A stretch of DNA of 64,000 nucleotides from Candidatus Obscuribacterales bacterium (lineage in GTDB: Bacteria; Cyanobacteriota; Vampirovibrionia; Obscuribacterales; Obscuribacteraceae), in assembly GCA_965228855.1 (NCBI GenBank), contig CBDDIJ010000003.1:1184001-1248000 (forward strand), given 5' to 3'. The notes under the pieces are model-generated. The model saw only the letters and a program-made list of their open reading frames with translations. It made no database searches and had not been told where the DNA came from. Of this stretch, positions 56,868 to 64,000 are shown in pieces. Numbering within the stretch: position 1 is the first letter of the stretch; every line of letters starts with the position of its first letter. A program made the position numbers and the translations under genes.

Positions 56868-57611
56868 ATGACCTCATCGGGCTGGGATGCACTGAAGTTC
56901 TGGGGCGAGGACGCTGTTCGTGTTAAACCACTGGCAGGCGGTGTTGCAAATGATGTGTGGAGCGTCACAATCGATGGGACTCTCGCTGTTGGCCGCCTTG
57001 GATCACGAAGCAACGTAGATCTGGCATGGGAAGCCGACCTTCTTCAATTCCTGGACCTTTCGGGCATTTCCGTTCCTGTTCCAATTCCTGCCCAGGACGG
57101 AAGATTGTTCGTTCAGGGGCTGATGGTGATGAAATACCTGGAGGGTGGTCCGCCTGAAACAAAAGCCGACTGGGGTCGTGTAGCAGAAACGCTTCGCCGT
57201 GTCCATGTGTTGACGCAGGGCCGGTCTCAACGACCAGGTTGGCAATCATCGACCGATTTGATTTCCGTCGAAGAGGGGACAAAGGTCAATCTCCGCGCGA
57301 TGCCTGCTGAAGGGGTAGTCCGATGCCGAGCTGCTTGGTCACGGCTCATTGGACGACCGACATGCGTGGTTCACGGGAATCCGAATAATCCAGCTAATAT
57401 ATTGATGACGGCTGATCGGGTTGCGTTAATCGACTGGGACGAATCTCACGTGGACGTCCCTGACCTCGATCTGGTTCTCCCTTATAATGCTGCGGAGCTC
57501 GATGACGTTCGGTTCGACGTTGCAGCGCAAGCGTTCGCGGCATGGGAAGCTGCGGTTTGCTGGGATGACGACTATGCAGTGCGACGGCTTTCAACAGTCA
57601 GAGCGGTGTGA
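56868..57611 (+). CDS. APH/choline-kinase-superfamily phosphotransferase
   Basis: LAGGVANDVW, LAWEADLL, VPVPIP, VVHGNPNNPANI, LIDWDE. Confidence 0.8.
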   Translation: MTSSGWDALKFWGEDAVRVKPLAGGVANDVWSVTIDGTLAVGRLGSRSNVDLAWEADLLQFLDLSGISVPVPIPAQDGRLFVQGLMVMKYLEGGPPETKADWGRVAETLRRVHVLTQGRSQRPGWQSSTDLISVEEGTKVNLRAMPAEGVVRCRAAWSRLIGRPTCVVHGNPNNPANILMTADRVALIDWDESHVDVPDLDLVLPYNAAELDDVRFDVAAQAFAAWEAAVCWDDDYAVRRLSTVRAV

Positions 57612-57690
57612 GTGGCAGTTCGTATTTTCCCCAGTTACAGCGAGGCGAGAATCCATATGATTGTCCTACGCTGCTATGAGTTTTTATTTT

Positions 57691-58392
57691 ATGCCAAATG
57701 AAATTGCAAAAGAGTTGGATAGCAATGCTGTCCATAAGCTTGAATCGTCAGGCTTGATTAATCGACTTCAAGATGAAACGCATCACGAAAAAAAGAGTGA
57801 GACACTGTCGGGTGTGCAAGCGTCTCTTTCTGACTGGAAAGGTCACCTGGTAAGAGACAGTGCTGGAGCTGCCGCTGGATTTACGATTGGAAAATTCGGC
57901 GACGTCTACGCACCATTTGCACGAAAGGTCCCTTGGATAGTTGGCTCGGCTGTTGCGATCAATCTGATTTACGATGCCGTTGCCGGCGAGAAGGGTGAAA
58001 ACCATTCTAAAGATTTCAACCTCGGGAAGTTCGGCACCGATGTTCTCAGCACCGCGACTGCGGGCTTAATAACCGGGCGGCTTGCCTGGGGGAAAGAAGG
58101 TGCGCAACACCTGGATTATCTGGCGCTGCGTGATGGTTCATCCAGATATGTGCCAGCCCACAAAAGCGTGTATGGTCCTAAGATTTATAGCTTTGGCGCG
58201 CACACCGAATACACCGGTTTGACCATAGGCCAAAAGACGAGAGACGTGCGAGAATTTTTGAAAGATCGTCGGCAACTAGACCAATTGCCGAGCGCGCTTG
58301 AGCGAATGAAAGCCGCTCATAATCCGAATCTCGAGGGACGTATCTGGACTTCGAAGCGCATTCCTGAGAGTGTGAAAAGGAATTTCTTATAG
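57691..58392 (+). CDS. Hypothetical protein with Gly/Ala-rich hydrophobic segments
   Basis: Long ORF filling the gap; no recognised motif; start uncertain. Confidence 0.55.
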   Translation: MPNEIAKELDSNAVHKLESSGLINRLQDETHHEKKSETLSGVQASLSDWKGHLVRDSAGAAAGFTIGKFGDVYAPFARKVPWIVGSAVAINLIYDAVAGEKGENHSKDFNLGKFGTDVLSTATAGLITGRLAWGKEGAQHLDYLALRDGSSRYVPAHKSVYGPKIYSFGAHTEYTGLTIGQKTRDVREFLKDRRQLDQLPSALERMKAAHNPNLEGRIWTSKRIPESVKRNFL

Positions 58393-58418
58393 AGAGACTT
58401 TGCCTCGTGGAGCTTCCG

Positions 58419-58703
58419 TCAAAACTCTCTTGAGAGTCGTGCCAGGTTGCTTAGAATCGAGCGCTCAAGAATTTCAACTTGAGAAATATCAATGTTGAAT
58501 TGGTCGGCCAATTCCTGGTGTGATGCCTTTTGCTCCAGAAAGTTTTGCCAGATTGTCAACTCCACGTCTGAGAGCAGCTGTCCGAGTTCAAGCATCTTCG
58601 TTGCCCGACGTTCTGCTCTCGTCCGACGAGCAGCGATGCTCGCGTCCGAATGAAACCCCCAGGCGTCGTGGATTTGTTTCTCTGATGTTTGTGAATCGTC
58701 CAT
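58419..58703 (-). CDS. Small protein with sigma70 region 4-like HTH
   Basis: LSDVELTIWQNFLEQKASHQELADQFNIDISQVEILERSIL resembles the region-4 HTH pattern. Confidence 0.55.
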   Translation of the reverse strand: MDDSQTSEKQIHDAWGFHSDASIAARRTRAERRATKMLELGQLLSDVELTIWQNFLEQKASHQELADQFNIDISQVEILERSILSNLARLSREF

Positions 58704-58841
58704 ACCGATCCGAGAGAGCTTTAAGTCTCGCTTGGTTCTTCTTAGATCCAGTTTAGCAGATGGATATCCGCCTCTATGTGTGCGGCTAGATAGAGCCTTA
58801 TAATGGGAAGTGACTGACTTGCTTTGTTCAGAGGAGTTTGT

Positions 58842-59186
58842 ATGCCAAACCAAGAGATGCATCCTGAGGCGGGGAAGGTCTTTCGTATTGATTTGGGACC
58901 AGGACTACAAGCCATTCAGGATGTCCATCTACATGGGAAATTGGTGCGCATCGAGGATTGGGCAGACCGTATGGAATACAGCGAGCTAACCGAATGGCAA
59001 ATCTCGGTAATTCTACAGTTCTATGTGAACCGATGTTTGCCGGACTTTCCCGAACTAGAATTGATCAGACCGTCTGACGTAGATTTGCGAGGTCTAGTGC
59101 TCGGAACAGTTCTTGCTCCGCCGGTACCAGGCGGTTTTGTCGAGAGAACGATTCTAAGGAAAAGCGAGATGGCGTCTGTTGTTTAG
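58842..59186 (+). CDS. Hypothetical protein
   Basis: GAGGAG RBS before ATG 58842; 114 aa. Confidence 0.55.
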   Translation: MPNQEMHPEAGKVFRIDLGPGLQAIQDVHLHGKLVRIEDWADRMEYSELTEWQISVILQFYVNRCLPDFPELELIRPSDVDLRGLVLGTVLAPPVPGGFVERTILRKSEMASVV

Positions 59187-59275
59187 CTTGTCAGTTACTG
59201 CTCCTTTTCGATACCTCTAAAATCAGAACTATCCTATATAATTCTGGCATCCATCTAAGTTGAGTGTCAGGAAAT

Positions 59276-59902
59276 ATGGCTCGTGTGATTCGCATCATAT
59301 TAATCGCGTTGGTTGCCCTGGCGGTTCTCGCAGGCGGCGGGTTTTGGTATTGGACTACGACGCCGGCATATTCGCTCGAGCAGATCCGAGACGCCGTTCG
59401 CGACCATAACCTTTCCAAGTTTCAAATGTACTTTAGCGTTGATGAAGTCGCGGAATCGATGGTGAAAGATCTGCTCGCTTCGCCTGTACGAAAAACGCTT
59501 GGCGGTGAAATGCTGGAGAGAATTTTGTCTAGTGGAATGGTGAGCCAGGCAACTGTTCAACACGAAGTTGCTTCTAGTATCGCAGGCGATATCAAGACTT
59601 TGGTGGACACGGGAAGTTTCGCTCAGCCATCTGGAAGTAATTTTGATAAAGCCTCGATGGGGACGCTCGATCAGCGACTCGGGATCAAGACGATTTCCCT
59701 AACGAAGGTTCAGGATATTAAGGTAGATGGCAGTACTGCTACGGTAACTATGCTCTTACATAGTGGAAAATTTGACACCGATCTTCCACTTGTAGGGGAG
59801 ATGCAAAATAAGGATGGATACTGGCAGGCGACGCGCATTCTGAACACGGTCGAGGTGTTTGGCAAGCTGTTTGAACTTGAGAGCGCGAAAGCGAGCGAAT
59901 AG
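59276..59902 (+). CDS. DUF2939-like membrane-anchored protein
   Basis: N-terminal TM followed by TPAYSLEQIRDAVRDHN...YFSVDEVAESM. Confidence 0.65.
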   Translation: MARVIRIILIALVALAVLAGGGFWYWTTTPAYSLEQIRDAVRDHNLSKFQMYFSVDEVAESMVKDLLASPVRKTLGGEMLERILSSGMVSQATVQHEVASSIAGDIKTLVDTGSFAQPSGSNFDKASMGTLDQRLGIKTISLTKVQDIKVDGSTATVTMLLHSGKFDTDLPLVGEMQNKDGYWQATRILNTVEVFGKLFELESAKASE

Positions 59903-59951
59903 GATTTGCTTGGTTTTCAATTGCCAAGTTTAAGCGCCTGCACCTATATAG

Positions 59952-60593
59952 TTAGTGAGCGGCAAGTTCTCGGAGAGTCTCAAGCAGTCTATTGGCTTTG
60001 AGAACGTGCACACCGTCTATGGTGCGCTGCGATAATTCCAGTCGAGCTCGCGTAAATGCGAGAATGGGAACGACCCTCCCGCAATTCCTTTGCGAGCTGA
60101 TGATACCTGCTTGTCGCAGAATTACAGCTATCAGGTCACGTTCTAGTTCTTTGTCGCTTCGGATAAGCTTGCCATCTCTCTCGGAGATCACGCCGCTATG
60201 TGATTTTACGTCGACTGCGAAAACCTTTTGATTTGGTGAAGTGACTAAAAAGTCGATGTCACCTTCGCGCGGTAGTAAGACATTTTTTTCAATCGACCAA
60301 CCCTGATCTCTCAATGCCGAAAGCATCTCGCCGACTCGATCTTCAGCCTCTCCTCCTTTCTCCGCACGTATCGCTGCTTCCGTGGCACCTTTGGATTCCA
60401 AAAACAGAAAACGCGCGGCCGCCAGAAAAATACAAACAAGCCAAAATGGGGTATGCGTACCGCCTGTTAGTATCAACACCGCCGGGATAATGATTGACAC
60501 GATCCACGCTACGCGAAAGAGTTTCGCCTTTCGATGACGTTGGAGTGCAAGTTCCTTCGGACCGTTGTAGGGCCTCTTCATACGTGACTCCAT
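59952..60593 (-). CDS. NERD (nuclease-related) domain protein with two N-terminal TM helices
   Basis: KGGEAEDRVGEML, GDIDFLV, VFAVDVKSHSG, RQA, VVPILAF. Confidence 0.85.
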   Translation of the reverse strand: MESRMKRPYNGPKELALQRHRKAKLFRVAWIVSIIIPAVLILTGGTHTPFWLVCIFLAAARFLFLESKGATEAAIRAEKGGEAEDRVGEMLSALRDQGWSIEKNVLLPREGDIDFLVTSPNQKVFAVDVKSHSGVISERDGKLIRSDKELERDLIAVILRQAGIISSQRNCGRVVPILAFTRARLELSQRTIDGVHVLKANRLLETLRELAAH

Positions 60594-60696
60594 TAGCGAT
60601 CACTCATGGCTTCGATTGACATTTTACGCGAGCCATCCGTAAAAATAAACGAGTACGCTGTTCCACCTCCATTGTTTCAAACTACCTTGCAGTAGC

Positions 60697-60725
60697 TTGA
60701 CTGGTACGAGCACCTGGGTTAGAGT
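60697..60725 (+). promoter_or_regulatory. sigma70-type promoter for the rsgA leader
   Basis: TTGACT-N17-TAGAGT. Confidence 0.6.
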
Positions 60726-60758
60726 GAGGTAGATACGGTTAATGCAATGGAGGTGCAC

Positions 60759-60824
60759 ATGAAAGAGATTGTCTCGCTGAGCGGAAGCTTTCCCGTCGTG
60801 CGCGCTTCATTCGCTCGTAACTAA
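60759..60824 (+). CDS. Putative 21-aa leader peptide MKEIVSLSGSFPVVRASFARN
   Basis: Strong GGAGGTG SD 5' of ATG; lies between the promoter and rsgA. Confidence 0.5.
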   Translation: MKEIVSLSGSFPVVRASFARN

Positions 60825-61023
60825 TTTAAGTTTTTGAATTGAATCACCAACGACGGCACACGTCCTTGTTTTGCTGCGCATATAGCCGGCAGGTGCAAGG
60901 AACCTGGAGACTGTTGCTATTTCTTGCGCACCGCAAATGGTGCGGGGACTTAGAACGGTTTCGCTCGCCTATTTCAAGCTAATAGATCCACTTAAATTTA
61001 AAACAACCAAGGACCAACCGACA

Positions 61024-62034
61024 ATGATTCCAGAAAATTTTAAAGCGCTTGTGAAAGCGCCGCTTGTCTGCGCGCGCGTAGTCGCGCAGAATCGTGATTC
61101 ATACCAAATCACTTCTGAGGACGGAGAAGTCAGGGCCGAAATCGCCGGCGTTATGCGTTACGAAAATGAAGAAACAACTGAACTTCCAGTCGTCGGAGAT
61201 TTCGTTGCGGCTGAATTATTTGATGGTTTTGCAATCATCAAATCTGTATTGCCTCGCGCTAATTTATTCTCGCGTCGAGGAGTATTTCGTTCTCACTCAA
61301 TGCAGCCGATTGCGGCTAATATAGACCGACTCTTCCTAGTGATGGCTGTTAATGGCGACTTTAGTAGGCGCCGACTGGAACGCTATATGGTGGCAGCCAC
61401 TGCATATGGTGTTCCATGCGCGGTCTTGCTGAACAAAATCGATCTCGCAAACGATCCGCAAAGCTTCCTCGACGAAGCGCATTCGATTTCAGGAGCGCTG
61501 CCGGTTCTTGCCGTCTCCGCTTTGAATGAGATTGGCATGGATGCGTTTCGACCGTATAGAGGGAGGGCGAAAACATTCGCCTTCGTTGGCTCATCAGGGG
61601 TTGGCAAATCTACTTTGATAAACAGGTTGCTCAATCAAGATCTGCTTTCGGTAAGCGGCGTTCGTGAGAAGGATGACAGAGGAAAGCACACGACAACTCG
61701 ACGATGCTTGGTTTATCTCCATGATGGGACCGCAGTGATCGACACGCCAGGGATGCGCGAGTTTGGTCTTGCAGATGCGGGTTCCGGCGTCGAGCAGACG
61801 TTCTCAGACGTTTCAGATCTGGCAAATGAGTGTCGTTTCCGTGATTGCAAGCACGATACCGAACCCGGATGTGCGGTGCGTGGTGCCGTCGAAGATTCTC
61901 GTTTGCACAGCTGGCGAAAGTTAGAACGCGAAGCTGCCTTTGAAGCCCGAAAAACCGATCGCTTGCTCGCAGAGTCGGAGCGCAAGAAATGGCGTGCGAT
62001 TCACAAGGAGGCTAAGCGACGGCAGCGCTACTAG
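61024..62034 (+). CDS. rsgA: Ribosome small subunit-dependent GTPase A
   Basis: PVVGDFV, QPIAANID, LNKID, GSSGVGKSTL, RGKHTTT, DTPGMRE, CRFRDCKHDTEPGCAV; AAGGA RBS before ATG 61024. Confidence 0.95.
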   Translation: MIPENFKALVKAPLVCARVVAQNRDSYQITSEDGEVRAEIAGVMRYENEETTELPVVGDFVAAELFDGFAIIKSVLPRANLFSRRGVFRSHSMQPIAANIDRLFLVMAVNGDFSRRRLERYMVAATAYGVPCAVLLNKIDLANDPQSFLDEAHSISGALPVLAVSALNEIGMDAFRPYRGRAKTFAFVGSSGVGKSTLINRLLNQDLLSVSGVREKDDRGKHTTTRRCLVYLHDGTAVIDTPGMREFGLADAGSGVEQTFSDVSDLANECRFRDCKHDTEPGCAVRGAVEDSRLHSWRKLEREAAFEARKTDRLLAESERKKWRAIHKEAKRRQRY

Positions 62035-62076
62035 ACCTTTCTCGTCTCACAATGGGAACTGCATTGTCTGCCGAGG

Positions 62077-63831
62077 TCAATGTTTTGACGCAACAGCGAC
62101 CTCGGTAGGTGCTGCTTCCGTTTCGACTTTCCCTGTAGCTGCCTTCCATGTCAGGAAACCGCCCGCAAGGTTTTTCGCTTTGAAGCCTTTTTGTGATAAG
62201 AGACGATAAGCCATATATGAACGCTGACCGCTCTGGCAGTATGTGACTATTTTTTTGTCGGCAGGCACGTCTGCGATTCGCTCTCTCAAATCCGGAAGCG
62301 GGATGTGGACGCTGTTCGGAATGTAACCCAGCTTGCGCTCAGCGCTGGTTCTTACGTCGATGATGCAAATGTCGTCGCATTCTAATTCTTCGTCGAGATC
62401 CGACCAGCTTTCTTGCGTGTTCAAACCATCGAGTATGTTTGTTCCAACCATGCCGGCCAAATTGATCGGATCTTTGGCTGATCCGAATGGAGGGGCGTAT
62501 GCGAGTTCCAGCTCTGCGAGATCTCTAATAGTCAATCCTGCCTTCATCGCGGTTGCAATTACATCGATGCGCTTGTCAGCGCCGTTTTTTCCAACGATCT
62601 GCGCACCGAGAAGTTTGCCGCTTTCGCGATGAAACATCACTTTCATGTCGAGGCGTTCCGCGCCCGGGTAGTATCCCGCGTGGTGGCTTGGATGAATGAA
62701 AACGGTTTCGTACGGTATTTTGTCGTCTTTCAACGTTTGTTCATTTAAACCGACCGACGCTGCCGCGAGTTCAAAGACTCTCAAAATGGCAGTACCTATG
62801 GTGCCGTCGTATGTGCGAGTGTTGCCAAAGATATTGTCCGCTACGATTCGTCCTTGTCGGTTAGCGGGACCGCCAAGCGCAATCAACGTCCATGCGTCGT
62901 TAGTTGGATTTTTGACTTCGATTGCGTCGCCCACCGCCCAGATATGTGGAGTACTCGTCTGCAAATGCGCGTTGACGCGGATACCTCCTCTTTTGCCGAT
63001 CTCTATGCCGGCGTCATGAGCGAGTTGCGTTTCAGGTCTGACTCCCAGCCCCAGGATGACCAGGTCTGCTGGTACTGGTGAATTTTCACCGGCCTGCACC
63101 CAGCAGGATTTTGGTGCCGGGTAGATGCAGCTAATTTTTTGCGGTTCAATAAATTCCGAGATTGGCGAACCGAGGACTAGTTGAATGCCATGCTCTCGCA
63201 ACTCGGCATGAACCAGCTCAGCCATTTCCGGGTCGACTGGCGTAAGGACCTGTTTCTTACCATCAATAATGGTGACATTGAGTCCCAGATTTTTGAGTTG
63301 TTCTGCTGTTTCAAGTCCAATAAAACCGCCGCCGGCAATGACAACGTCCTTCGGTTTATGTTGTTTGATCCAGGCTTCGATCAATTCTATATCATGGATG
63401 CTTCGGACTGAAAAAATTCCGGGGCGATCGATTCCAGGAATCGGAGGTCTAATTGGCGCCGCACCAACCGCCAGGATCAGCTCGTCATAGCTCTCTTCAT
63501 ATTGGCGCCCGGATGCTAAATCTTTTACGGAGACTTTTTTCGCTTTCGGATCTATTGAGACGACTTCGCTATTTGCTCTAATATCGAGCTTTAGTTTTTT
63601 TCTCAGATCAGGTTCCTTAACTACGAGCAGTTTATCTTTTGATTTGATTTCGCCGCCTAATAGATAAGGCAAACCGCAATTCGCATAGGAAACATATTCT
63701 CCTCTCTCAAACACTACGATCTCGGCTTGTTCCGAAAGGCGGCGTGCCCTTGCCGCGGCGCTCATGCCTCCTGCGACTCCACCTACTATAACGATTTTTG
63801 TTGCCTGCTCGGCGAAGCTGTGATTGTTCAT
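62077..63831 (-). CDS. CoA-disulfide reductase-rhodanese fusion (FAD-dependent pyridine nucleotide-disulfide oxidoreductase)
   Basis: GGVAGG, SYANCGLPY, GGGFIGLE, AYAPPFGSAKDP, C-terminal rhodanese YCQSGQRS. Confidence 0.93.
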   Translation of the reverse strand: MNNHSFAEQATKIVIVGGVAGGMSAAARARRLSEQAEIVVFERGEYVSYANCGLPYLLGGEIKSKDKLLVVKEPDLRKKLKLDIRANSEVVSIDPKAKKVSVKDLASGRQYEESYDELILAVGAAPIRPPIPGIDRPGIFSVRSIHDIELIEAWIKQHKPKDVVIAGGGFIGLETAEQLKNLGLNVTIIDGKKQVLTPVDPEMAELVHAELREHGIQLVLGSPISEFIEPQKISCIYPAPKSCWVQAGENSPVPADLVILGLGVRPETQLAHDAGIEIGKRGGIRVNAHLQTSTPHIWAVGDAIEVKNPTNDAWTLIALGGPANRQGRIVADNIFGNTRTYDGTIGTAILRVFELAAASVGLNEQTLKDDKIPYETVFIHPSHHAGYYPGAERLDMKVMFHRESGKLLGAQIVGKNGADKRIDVIATAMKAGLTIRDLAELELAYAPPFGSAKDPINLAGMVGTNILDGLNTQESWSDLDEELECDDICIIDVRTSAERKLGYIPNSVHIPLPDLRERIADVPADKKIVTYCQSGQRSYMAYRLLSQKGFKAKNLAGGFLTWKAATGKVETEAAPTEVAVASKH

Positions 63832-64000
63832 TATTTAGCTCCGTTTCTAACCACTCACTTATTTTAGTATATCGTCGATTAGTTATATAGCGAACGACCA
63901 AAAGATTGATTTTTCGTTTCAATGCATGTTCTACAGACGGGCGCTGGGATGGTAAACGAAAAGCGCGCAACTGTCTGCTGCGCGCTGGATTCTGTTGCGG

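Noticed and set aside
56602..56892. N-terminal extension of the 172-aa ORF 56374-56892
   Set aside because: The DUF2188-like domain starts at ATG 56601 with a good RBS; the extension overlaps the divergent gene and its promoter region
60937..61023. Longer rsgA start at 60937
   Set aside because: RBS and family-like sequence begin at ATG 61024; the upstream ATG lies in a hairpin

Overview
Gene-dense bacterial chromosomal window with about 50 CDS. I see no rRNA, tRNA, CRISPR array or transposase. The gene repertoire (Hanks kinase-TM-LRR proteins, dispersed TadE/TadG-like pseudopilins, Uma2, giant low-complexity proteins) resembles non-photosynthetic Cyanobacteriota (Vampirovibrionia/Obscuribacterales); this is inference only. 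Recognisable housekeeping content: MscS, homospermidine synthase, CzcBA-type RND, a CpxP/CpxR/CpxA-like envelope-stress locus, hexose-6-P mutarotase, CPA1 Na+/H+ antiporter, TolC-RND-MFP, a hybrid phosphorelay, SulP, RsgA and CoA-disulfide reductase-rhodanese. The most interesting region is a ~17.5 kb mostly minus-strand block (17489-34965). Two parallel Tad minor-pilin cassettes bracket a subtilase and a three-gene module: a PsbP/DcrB-like putative chaperone, a ~1820-aa protein (annexin-like repeats, hydrophobic segment, 7-aa repeats, HD-like C-terminus with SD in place of HD), and a small downstream ORF. This is a candidate Tad-associated contact-dependent effector system. Other highlights: a Macro-like + NDT gene inserted in the cpx-like locus between two copies of a 24-bp motif, a zincin-VHL-beta fusion, a REC-Ser/Thr kinase fusion, a proline-punctuated heptad protein and a leader peptide upstream of rsgA. 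All domain calls are by-eye motif recognition, not database searches.
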